From: a virus
Lineage: Duplodnaviria; Caudoviricetes
IMG/VR virus record: IMGVR_UViG_3300025018_000162
Span: 1 to 63,939 of that record
Strand: one strand, 5' to 3'
Length of the DNA: 63,939 nt
In this document: one piece after another, positions 55,995-63,939 of the stretch
Layout: every line of letters starts with the position of its first letter
Position numbering within the stretch: the stretch's first letter is position 1
Notes under the pieces: generated by a model
The model's input: only the letters and a program-made list of their open reading frames with translations
What the model was told of the DNA's origin: nothing
Databases searched by the model: none
Position numbers and translations under genes: made by a program

Positions 55995-56529
55995 TCACAT
56001 TTCTAGCAACTCTTTTCGTTTCTTAAAAAAGCTTTTCCACTTATCTCTTTTAAAGTTGGTTTTTGCGTGGCAGCTTTTGCATAGAGCAGTTAAGTTGTCT
56101 GGGTTACAGTTTTGTTTATTATAATCGATGTGGTGCACATCGTGTGCAACGTCCCCCTGCTTTTCCCCGCACAGCTGGCAGGTATATTTATCTCTTTCTC
56201 TTATGCTTATTTTAAGCGTTTTTGTCCATTCTTGGGGATACTCTTCCAGAGATAAACCCCCTTGCCAATTGCTGGCATTTTCTCCAGTTTTCCCAGTGTG
56301 TACTTTAACTTGTTTTTTTCTGTACTCTTTGTTCTCCCAATTTTTTTTACTATTCTCGCTTATCTTCCTCTTGGTTTCTTCCGAATGTTTTCTTCCTTTA
56401 AAAGATGGTTTATTGTTTTTTCTCATTTTAGCTAGTGTTTCTTCGCTAAATTTTCTTCCAATAAGCTTTTGTCTTATTTTTTCTTTATGTTCTGTGGTTA
56501 ATGTTTTCCCACTATTTCCATGTGCCATA
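55995..56529 (-). CDS. NUMOD3-HNH homing endonuclease (start at MAHGNSG)
   Basis: GRKHSEETKRKIS repeats; RDKYTCQLCG..HHIDYNK..NLTALCKSCH. Confidence 0.85.
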
Positions 56530-56547
56530 TCTTTGCTAATATTAGCC

Positions 56548-58053
56548 TCACATTTCCAACCTGTCAAAACAAGCATCTTCGAACCAGGTATTATCTTCTG
56601 CGGTACTCACACAAGTAAGTTTTCCACCAGAACTGAGTGTTGGCTTTAGTGCAGTATATGCACTTGCCATTTCTGGTTGGAAAGCTGACTCATCCGAATT
56701 GTGGGATGCTATCCCCTCTGCAACGAATGTTCCTGTGGATGTTGTTAGTCCTATAACCTCTTGTTCTCCTATTGGCTCTTTCTTAATTAAGTTAATACCA
56801 TCTATCGCGTTCATTGCTCCCCATGTATCTATATTAAATTTTGCCAATAATCTTTCTGGCCTTGTTTGACCGATGATTTTTAATATATCGCTCTTGACTC
56901 CAGTCCTCAGGGCATGATGTGGAGTTGAATACTTGTCGTTGTTTATTATTCTTTCTATAAAAGGATATCCCAGTTTTTTATAAATATTCCTTGTCTTCTC
57001 TAGCATCGCGTTCTCATTCTGTGGGAATGTTAGTCTTATCCTGCTTGTAACTATGGCGTCGTCTTCTACAACCAGCGCTTGGTCTAGACTTCCCTCTCCG
57101 TCTAGTGCTCCAGCGAGATAACCAGTATCATAGTCGTTTTTGTCTTCCCAGCGTTCAAGGACTTTCCACACCTTAGAGCCAGCCCTGTCTCCATTTTGGC
57201 ACCGAAGGTCTTTCGTCTTAATCCACTTCGAATGTTGTCCGTGTCCAGCTAACCATCTGTGGTTCTCTGAGCTTACAACCTCTGTTCCATCTGAGAACGT
57301 TAATTTATAGCTTGGTTGTTTATTGACATGGACTGCCTTCACGACTGTATTTTTCCACCTTCTTGAATAATTGACACCATTTTTACCAGTTCCAGAGTCT
57401 CCAATGTTTTCGTCGAATCCTATTAAGTTGTCGCCCTCTTCTATTTCGTCTATTCTAACCCATTTTAGATCACTTGTTAAAACCTTGGTTTCTGGCCCTA
57501 GACACAGCATACCGCTTAAAGTATGCATACGCACGACATCCCCACCTTCTGGGATTCCTCTAATTTCAGACTTAATGTCTGGAAAGGCTAGAAGTGAATA
57601 TGTATGGTTCCCCTGGTTATGTGGGTTACATTTTAATTGGTGGAATTCACCATTTTTATAATAACGTTTAAGGAACTTAGGTTCTTGCTCCCAAATAGTG
57701 TAGGCTCTTTTAACTAAGTCGTTGGCATCGTCTGCTTTCTTACTTTGGAAAAAGGTTAATCTACCGAAATGGAACTGTGTGTCCCAAAGATATAGAGCTG
57801 CGAACACCCAACTCATCATCATTTGACGAGATTTGGGGAATAAGAGGATTTGGTGCTTTAACCACTTCTCCACAACAAGTCTCAAGTATTCCTTTTCGGG
57901 GAAGGTCTTCTGTGGATTCTCATCATCATGTACGTCTAATGTATATGCCCAGTTGGTTAACCAGTAATATGGGTCGTCATGACATTTAGCCCACTCCAAA
58001 TTCCTTAATTCAGGACTTTTAGCGAGCTTTTGTAAAAATTCTACATCTTTCAT
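56548..58053 (-). CDS. terL: terminase large subunit, N-terminal ATPase gene, intein-containing
   Basis: KSRQMMMSW Walker A; spliced Walker B SGMLSDE; VST coupling motif. Confidence 0.85.
   Translation of the reverse strand: MKDVEFLQKLAKSPELRNLEWAKCHDDPYYWLTNWAYTLDVHDDENPQKTFPEKEYLRLVVEKWLKHQILLFPKSRQMMMSWVFAALYLWDTQFHFGRLTFFQSKKADDANDLVKRAYTIWEQEPKFLKRYYKNGEFHQLKCNPHNQGNHTYSLLAFPDIKSEIRGIPEGGDVVRMHTLSGMLCLGPETKVLTSDLKWVRIDEIEEGDNLIGFDENIGDSGTGKNGVNYSRRWKNTVVKAVHVNKQPSYKLTFSDGTEVVSSENHRWLAGHGQHSKWIKTKDLRCQNGDRAGSKVWKVLERWEDKNDYDTGYLAGALDGEGSLDQALVVEDDAIVTSRIRLTFPQNENAMLEKTRNIYKKLGYPFIERIINNDKYSTPHHALRTGVKSDILKIIGQTRPERLLAKFNIDTWGAMNAIDGINLIKKEPIGEQEVIGLTTSTGTFVAEGIASHNSDESAFQPEMASAYTALKPTLSSGGKLTCVSTAEDNTWFEDACFDRLEM
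56698..57504 (-). mobile_element. intein with LAGLIDADG endonuclease in TerL (269 aa)
   Basis: GML|CLGPETKVL...SSENHRW...YLAGALDGEG...GIASHN|SDE. Confidence 0.9.
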
Positions 58054-58058
58054 TCGGT

Positions 58059-58514
58059 TTATAATTCATCTAGAAGGTCCTTTTCTAATTTTTTCTTATC
58101 TTCATCTGATAAGCTTGTTGGGTCAATACTAGATAAGTCTTGTTTGTTGCTAATCTCTATTTCTTTCTTCTCTGTGAAGTCACCAGTAAGTTTAGCAAAT
58201 AATGTTACAGCATCTTTTCTCGCTGTATAGTCTGGGACCTCTGTTCCGTCTTTTAATGTTTTGTTTGCAGACATCATTTCAAGTAATACTTGGACAACAG
58301 CCTTCTTGTCAATTCCTGCTAATTGGCCTAATACCCTGAAGCTTCCCTCTACCTGCTCTATTTCTTTAACGATCCGATTATCACGTAGCAGTTTATAGGC
58401 CTCAGAAGCGCAGACCTGCTTGTTTTCTTGCCCATAGGCTATCTGGTATGCTTTCGTTCCATTATAACCGCATTTAACGTATTCTTCTGCGAAAGCTTTC
58501 ATTTTGTTTGTCAT
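58059..58514 (-). CDS. terS: terminase small subunit
   Basis: FAEEYVKCGYNGTKAYQIAYG..ASEAYKLL HTH pattern. Confidence 0.85.
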   Translation of the reverse strand: MTNKMKAFAEEYVKCGYNGTKAYQIAYGQENKQVCASEAYKLLRDNRIVKEIEQVEGSFRVLGQLAGIDKKAVVQVLLEMMSANKTLKDGTEVPDYTARKDAVTLFAKLTGDFTEKKEIEISNKQDLSSIDPTSLSDEDKKKLEKDLLDEL

Positions 58515-58561
58515 ATTTTTGTTGCTAGGATACTTCTATAATCTTTTAATCCTATACTTTA

Positions 58562-58591
58562 ATTATAGCATCTTTGAGAGCTTTTTGTCAA
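58562..58591 (-). promoter_or_regulatory. sigma70-type promoter of late arm
   Basis: TTGACA-18 nt-TATAAT with extended TG on - strand. Confidence 0.8.
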
Positions 58592-59122
58592 GTCCCGATT
58601 CTTAGCTAACATTAAGCGTCCTTTGCGACAGAGGAAATGAAACTTTTCGTTTTTCTGGAGTTTGAAAGTTTGACAGCTAATTTTTATTAACAAATAATAT
58701 TGATTCGGCTAATATTAGTAGATTCATATAATTAACCCCCCATCCCCTATATTTTGGCTAATAATATGGTTTAGGATTCCCCGTGATTTTCCTCTTTTAG
58801 GGGTTTTTGTCTGTAATATTAGTATAGGCAAAATATAGTTTTATCGGGATTTAGTCTATTTTGGTCTATTTTAGCTCTTTTTGCCTGATTGTCCCCCCGC
58901 ATTTGGTCTTATGTTGCTCTTTTTTTGTCTCCCATCTTGGCTCTTGTATATATTATATATAAAAACACTACCCCTAAATACGTGTTCGGTTTCTGTTCAC
59001 CCCCAGGGTCTGTTTCAGGTGTGTAATATATATAAAGTACGGGTACAATCCTATATAAACATTGGCTTTCACTAGCTTATTAGTTTTGTGTTTCAGGGGG
59101 GGGGGGAGGTGGGTAGTTTATA

Positions 59123-59164
59123 TATAAAGCTTATAAAGCTTATAAAGCTTATAAAGCTTATAAA
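59123..59164. repeat. 9-bp tandem repeat (TATAAAGCT, about 4.7 copies) next to a poly-G tract
   Basis: direct reading; G-run starts at 59096. Confidence 0.9.
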
Positions 59165-59315
59165 ACTAATAGAATTAATAAAACTAGTGTATATAAAAAT
59201 TGTAAATACATAAACATTAAAACTATTTCTATATACAGAAAGGAAAACGCAAACAATAATTATATTTATATATAGCGAAATTATATAGTGTTTATATGGT
59301 TACAAGTTAAAACGC

Positions 59316-59344
59316 TTGCAATTATTTTAATTATATGCTATACT
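59316..59344 (+). promoter_or_regulatory. early promoter
   Basis: TTGCAA-17 nt-TATACT with extended TG. Confidence 0.65.
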
Positions 59345-59637
59345 GGTATTAGTTAAGTAACAAGCCAATTCAAATTATTAATAATATAGCGAAATTTAAC
59401 AATTAAATAGAATAATATGTATAGTAAAAAATATTTACTTGCACGCCTTGCACTGTTAGCTAGGTTATATGGGAGCACGCCTATAATAAAAGTATTAAAA
59501 ATACAAGCTAACAGAAAGGGACTCCTATAATTTATAGTTATAAGTTATACACAGTGTATAGCTTAAATAGTGTAAATTATAAAATATAATGAATATAGCG
59601 AAATTAAAACATACTGAAAGCCAATAAATACGGGCTA

Positions 59638-59666
59638 TTGCAATAATTTCAAAAGGATGGTATAGT
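59638..59666 (+). promoter_or_regulatory. early promoter
   Basis: TTGCAA-17 nt-TATAGT with extended TG. Confidence 0.6.
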
Positions 59667-59757
59667 GTAATTACTAAGGCAAGGAACATTTAAAAATTAA
59701 TAATACATAGTTATTGCAAGGGTACATTTAAACGCTTGCAAGGCTATTAAAAACAAT

Positions 59758-60126
59758 ATGAATAAACAACAACTAGAGGCTCGCGTAAATTTCGAGGACG
59801 TGCAAGCCTTCAAGATTGACGGAGTGGAAATCGCTCCAGAGGTTATCAAGAGTACATTTTTAGCTAGAATATGGAGGTCGGCGACTGTAGTTAAAAATAA
59901 GAGGACTGATAGAGGCGTCAAGGCAACTATCCTGCAGAGCCTAGAGCTTGGAACGATTGACCAGATGGAGGCGATAACACTACTCGCCGACTCAACAGGT
60001 AACAAGACAAGAATTGCCGAGCTGAAGGCATTGCTCCCTGTTGTAGACAAGGACGAGGAGCCGAGCGAGGACGATATTATCAAGGGGATTGAGCAGGTGC
60101 TAGCTAACAAAGGTCAAGCTAGCTAA
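59758..60126 (+). CDS. first early hypothetical protein
   Basis: 122 aa after promoters, followed by hairpin. Confidence 0.65.
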   Translation: MNKQQLEARVNFEDVQAFKIDGVEIAPEVIKSTFLARIWRSATVVKNKRTDRGVKATILQSLELGTIDQMEAITLLADSTGNKTRIAELKALLPVVDKDEEPSEDDIIKGIEQVLANKGQAS

Positions 60127-60132
60127 CTATTA

Positions 60133-60163
60133 AAGAGGACTAATTACTAGAGTTAGTCCTCTC
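60133..60163 (+). terminator. hairpin/terminator-like
   Basis: AGAGGACTAA...TTAGTCCTCT. Confidence 0.55.
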
Positions 60164-60192
60164 TATATAGTTATTATTAATATAAAAATAAT

Positions 60193-60474
60193 ATGATAAT
60201 CAATATCAAGGGCAAACGATTCAAATTGTCCACTGATATAGTAGAAAAATGGTCGGAGATAAAGACTGAGGTCTTTATTCAACAGGCGAGAGTCAAGGCG
60301 AAAAAAGTCAAGGCAATTGAGGCATTAAAGACTAACAGACAATACATAGACCAATATATAGACAAGACCGACGAGGAACTAGACCGAGAGTTACAGGACT
60401 TGAAAAAAGAAAATATCAGTTACGATAGATTCAAAATGAATGGAGTACACTTTCCTTTTCGAGTAACAATTTAA
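60193..60474 (+). CDS. hypothetical protein
   Basis: 93 aa ORF. Confidence 0.6.
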   Translation: MIINIKGKRFKLSTDIVEKWSEIKTEVFIQQARVKAKKVKAIEALKTNRQYIDQYIDKTDEELDRELQDLKKENISYDRFKMNGVHFPFRVTI

Positions 60475-60493
60475 AGCCTTCGGGCTTTTTTTT
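60473..60493 (+). terminator. intrinsic terminator
   Basis: AAGCC-TTCG-GGCTT followed by a T run. Confidence 0.75.
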
Positions 60494-60567
60494 GTTGTTA
60501 TAGGCGACGCCACTTAAGTCGCAAACATCAAGGCTCACAAATATTTTATTAATCTTTAAATAATTAT

Positions 60568-60774
60568 ATGCAATATCAAATTAAAAAAAACGAGTTGAAC
60601 TCTTGGCTTTTCGAGTCCGCTCGCGGTGTAAAGAATATAAGAGCGGCTGGATTATCAAGGCTGAAAGACTTGCCGACATGTTTTAATATAAACGGTGATT
60701 GGCATATCTTTGAGCTTGTCGACAATGGAACAAATTATCCTAATAAAAAATATATCTGTAAAATTAATATTTAG
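60568..60774 (+). CDS. hypothetical protein
   Basis: 68 aa ORF. Confidence 0.5.
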   Translation: MQYQIKKNELNSWLFESARGVKNIRAAGLSRLKDLPTCFNINGDWHIFELVDNGTNYPNKKYICKINI

Positions 60775-60783
60775 ACAGCCAAC

Positions 60784-60972
60784 ATGAAAAAAATATATAC
60801 AATAAATATCTACGAGGAAGTCTCTGGACAACTAGAAGTCGAGGCTGAATCACGTGAGGAGGCAGAAAAGATTGCTCTGGATAAGCTAGAGAAGGATGGG
60901 ATTACAGAAGAAATGTTCTTGAGTTCTGAGTTTACGGTTTGCAATCGTGACTTCGGGGCATTAGGAGACTAG
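60784..60972 (+). CDS. DpnD/PcfM-like small protein
   Basis: YTINIYEE...EVEAESREEAEKIA. Confidence 0.55.
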   Translation: MKKIYTINIYEEVSGQLEVEAESREEAEKIALDKLEKDGITEEMFLSSEFTVCNRDFGALGD

Positions 60973-60978
60973 GCTGAT

Positions 60979-61120
60979 GGTATCATATCAGCGTTTAGGT
61001 TATTGTCTGGGTGTTATATGCGTATAAAAATATCTGATAATATAGTGAAAATTTGTAGGCATAAAGTCATACAGACCACAAATTCCATTATAGCAATAAC
61101 TTAAACATTGATATGATATC
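60979..61120 (+). ncRNA. candidate structured ncRNA
   Basis: 28-bp outer stem 60979-61006/61093-61120 with 4 G.U pairs, enclosing further hairpins. Confidence 0.45.
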
Positions 61121-61818
61121 CGATTAGGATTGACATCATTGTTCTTTCGACAATATAGCCAAGTTCCATAAAGAGAAAGGATTAAAGGGTCTCAAAGATT
61201 CCTGTGGGGTCATAATATAACGCCGATGCAAGTCGGTCCTAGGTAACTGAGACTAGGTTAAAGCTCTCGCCATACTAAGCAAATCCCTCGACGTATATCA
61301 CTGCACGTATGATAAAACACGCTTCAAAAGGGTTGTGGTCTTAATATTAATAATGCGATTTTCCGTCCATTTGTATTAAGGCTATTGTTTTTTTGCCCGA
61401 CAATCGTTGGGCTAAGTCAAAGATGTTCAGCAAAACGAGTATCTCTAGTTCATAGTTCACGAAATGAGTATAATAGAAAGCTGTCGACAGTTAATGCATG
61501 GGGATATATGGCATTACTTCTTCATACTCAAGACGCGTCTTTGGCTTAGCTTAATGATTGTAAATGGAGGTTGAGGAATATCCGCCCTCAAATAAAAACG
61601 TCTAGCGATAGGGACGATTTCCATTATATATATAAATATATGATAAAGAAAAATTACATTGCCACTGCAATTTGCGATGGTGATACAAAACACTTTACAG
61701 TACATAACGTCAGCGAGGGGAGAGCCACTTCAGTCGCTAGGGGCATCGCTCAATCGTTGTTCTGTGCAACGTGTGTGTCTATTCTATCTTTAACTATAAT
61801 GAAGTAATCAAAAACTAT

Positions 61819-62151
61819 ATGATAATAAGTAATAATTCTAAATATTGTCCTCACTGTAACATGGAATTAAGAAAGCTAGAATATGAGGCAAGGTATTTCG
61901 AATCTAACTCTGGGCGCTCTTGGGGGGACTATAGCATAGCAGAGGAATATCATGAACTTTGTGATTCGGAAATTAACGATACCGATAGCTCAGATGAGGA
62001 GGATTACGTATATTCGTGTCCTGAATGTTCCCAAAGTCTAGAGATATCCGACCTGTTGGATGAACCGATAAAAGAAGAGGACGAAGAGGAAGACCAAGAA
62101 ATATTATTGGACACAGAAGATAATTTTAATCTTAGATATTTAAAACTATGA
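61819..62151 (+). CDS. acidic Zn-ribbon protein with C-terminal tag
   Basis: CPHC...CPEC; ends DTEDNFNLRYLKL. Confidence 0.6.
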   Translation: MIISNNSKYCPHCNMELRKLEYEARYFESNSGRSWGDYSIAEEYHELCDSEINDTDSSDEEDYVYSCPECSQSLEISDLLDEPIKEEDEEEDQEILLDTEDNFNLRYLKL

Positions 62152-62597
62152 GCAAAACTAAAGACTTAGTAATAGAAACGATGAACGAGAACAAAGCAAT
62201 TATTGTCGACATCGACGGGACGCTATCGGATATGTGTAATCGTTCACCGTATGAGTATCACAAGGCAGTCCACGATAATGTGCATGAACATATCGCTCAA
62301 ATGGTTAGGATTTATCGCAATGAGAATTATCGCATTATTTTATTATCGGGGAGAGATGAGGAATGTAAAGATGTCACTCTTGAATGGCTTGACAAAAACG
62401 ATATTCCATATGATGGTTTGTTTATGCGTGTCAACAAGGACAGACGAAAAGATAGTGTTGTCAAGTTAGAGCTATATAAAAGATATGTACAGGGCAATTA
62501 CGACGTCAAGTTTGTATTAGATGACAGAAACCAAGTCGTTGATATGTGGAGGTCGATAGGACTTCCTTGTTTACAAGTTGCCCCTGGAGATTTTTAA
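62148..62597 (+). CDS. HAD 3'-phosphatase (T4 PseT phosphatase-like)
   Basis: IVDIDGTL, LSGR, MR..DRRKDSVVK, DDRNQVVDMWRSIGLPCLQV. Confidence 0.9.
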   Translation: MSKTKDLVIETMNENKAIIVDIDGTLSDMCNRSPYEYHKAVHDNVHEHIAQMVRIYRNENYRIILLSGRDEECKDVTLEWLDKNDIPYDGLFMRVNKDRRKDSVVKLELYKRYVQGNYDVKFVLDDRNQVVDMWRSIGLPCLQVAPGDF

Positions 62598-62617
62598 TTA
62601 ATTTATTTATAAAAAAT

Positions 62618-63034
62618 ATGATTAGAGCATCAGACGGAGTAAGGTTCGCTCCAATAAAAAAAACATTTGTGCAAATAGAGCTAGAGAAAAAACAAGCTAA
62701 GTGGAAAACGGAGAGCTTGACATTGGCGGACGCTAGTGAAATAATTTCATATGATACAGAGGATTTATCTGGAGTGTTGGAAGATTATTCGACAACAAAG
62801 TTCACACAAGAAAGCGATGGAAAAATTATTAATGGTAAAAGATTTAGACTTTTTTCATCTTATGAGCAGATATGTATTCTTGTGATAAATGAATCTGTTT
62901 TTGTGCTATTGTGCCCGTATGAAATGTCTGCGTGCGATTGGACGTCTGGTAATACTGTCACAGCCGTTGGAAGCGACAGTTGCCTGACATTCGACGCATC
63001 GACAGAGTCTTTCCACTCGATGTTTATACGTTAA
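62618..63034 (+). CDS. hypothetical protein with degenerate C-terminal tag
   Basis: probable start MIRASDG; ends STESFHSMFIR. Confidence 0.5.
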   Translation: MIRASDGVRFAPIKKTFVQIELEKKQAKWKTESLTLADASEIISYDTEDLSGVLEDYSTTKFTQESDGKIINGKRFRLFSSYEQICILVINESVFVLLCPYEMSACDWTSGNTVTAVGSDSCLTFDASTESFHSMFIR

Positions 63035-63057
63035 TTAACTAACTAAAGTCGCAATAT

Positions 63058-63288
63058 ATGTTTAATCATGACGATATAGTAGTCGTGCTAAAAGAACACG
63101 ATGGATATTACTCTGCTATCGGGTTAGTTTGTAAGGTGATATATCTTGACGGTGAAGAAGCAGAGGTCGAGTTCCTAAGCGAAGATGCTATGAATGATAC
63201 GTGGTGGTATCCTAATAGTTCAGCTTATCTTAAAAATATCGACGACTATACTGCAGAAGAGTTCAATAAATTCTTTTTAATTAATTAA
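63058..63288 (+). CDS. SH3-like small protein with C-terminal tag
   Basis: MFNHDDIVVV..CKVI..VEF..WWYP; ends TAEEFNKFFLIN. Confidence 0.6.
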   Translation: MFNHDDIVVVLKEHDGYYSAIGLVCKVIYLDGEEAEVEFLSEDAMNDTWWYPNSSAYLKNIDDYTAEEFNKFFLIN

Positions 63289-63299
63289 TTAAAAATAAT

Positions 63300-63758
63300 A
63301 TGATGAAAAGAGATGTAGTAATCATGACTGTCTTTCTTGTCTCCTTCTGGTTGGGTTTTTCGAGGAGCCAAGAGATAAAAAATCAAGATGTAGTGGAAAA
63401 AATAGCGACAAGCACCCAACATACCATAATCGTAGAAAAACCGCAGGACGAGGCTCCTGTGGGCTTAGAAGGGGTCGCTAGTTACTATGACTATGTGTTA
63501 GATAGTGGTTGGTCTAGTGTCGGTCACTTCGTTTGTGCAACAAGAGACTTCGATAGGGGGTCTTGTATTGAGGCCACTAACGTCGCAAACAACCAATCGG
63601 TATATTGTAAGGTAACGGATTACGGTCCAGATGCAAGTGTTTTTCCAGAAAGGGTTATAGATTTATCAAGCACAGCGTTTTCTGCAATATCTGACACTAG
63701 GCTCGGAATCGCCAATGTTGTTGTTAGATATACAGAGAACATTAATTGCGAGAGGTAA
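63300..63758 (+). CDS. rlpA: RlpA-like double-psi beta-barrel lytic transglycosylase with N-terminal anchor
   Basis: GVASYY, VTDYGP, RVIDLSSTAF..LGIANV. Confidence 0.8.
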   Translation: MMKRDVVIMTVFLVSFWLGFSRSQEIKNQDVVEKIATSTQHTIIVEKPQDEAPVGLEGVASYYDYVLDSGWSSVGHFVCATRDFDRGSCIEATNVANNQSVYCKVTDYGPDASVFPERVIDLSSTAFSAISDTRLGIANVVVRYTENINCER

Positions 63759-63843
63759 ATGTCCCTTTCGGGATTTTACATATTATAAAGTAATGTGCAG
63801 TCTATGTATTCCTGAGTGTATATATAGTCGCCAAAACAAAAGT

Positions 63844-63939
63844 ATGCGTCAAGCAGAAAACCAAGTAGACACAATCGAAGTAGAAATCACAAGAATGGGT
63901 TCAGACCTAAGAACTGTAACCGTTCCAGAAGATTCAACT
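63844..63939 (+). CDS. probable ubiquitin-like (beta-grasp) protein, truncated by window end
   Basis: MRQAENQVDTIEVEITRMGSDLRTVTVPEDST: beta1-G turn-beta2-P-x-x-S-T pattern typical of Ubl N-termini. Confidence 0.55.
   Translation, partial: MRQAENQVDTIEVEITRMGSDLRTVTVPEDST

Noticed and set aside
55582-56547. Group I intron reuniting the terL halves
   Set aside because: No recognisable P/Q/R/S elements; the gap is filled by two ORFs and the nuclease half has its own ATG.
63930-63939. Direct circular join of the end to position 1
   Set aside because: No terminal overlap, and joining would stop the Ubl-like ORF after LKSQ; sequence is probably missing.
1-63939. Diversity-generating retroelement, retron or integrase
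   Set aside because: No reverse transcriptase or recombinase motifs found, and no template/variable repeat pair noticed.

Overview
The window looks like a nearly complete (~64 kb) tailed dsDNA phage genome with podovirus/P22-like architecture, broken inside a gene at the window end. It has two arms. The + strand early/middle arm runs 59.7 kb -> end and continues 1 -> 22.8 kb. The - strand late arm runs 58.5 -> 22.96 kb: terS, split terL, groES/groEL, spoVG, portal, scaffold, capsid, tail and ejection proteins. The arms diverge from an AT-rich control region (58.5-59.7 kb) and converge on a terminator at 22.85 kb. I see no integrase, DNA polymerase, primase or helicase. The highlight is a phage-encoded ubiquitin-like conjugation cluster: E2-fold, JAB/MPN peptidase and E1/ThiF at 281-3305, plus a probable beta-grasp Ubl truncated at the window end. 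Around it are about nine largely unrelated small proteins sharing a C-terminal [AE]-[DE]-x-[FY]-N-x-x-[YFC]-L tag, two of them MIB/HERC2-like. Other notable items: two group I introns with LAGLIDADG ORFs splitting the capsid gene; inteins in NrdD and TerL; a terminase split into two genes; a split NrdD with two separate glycyl-radical peptides; a J-domain in the giant ejection protein; an RNA-repair set; several tRNAs and tRNA-like genes; repeated regulatory motifs; and candidate structured ncRNAs. All calls come from motif recognition by eye; no database searches were run.
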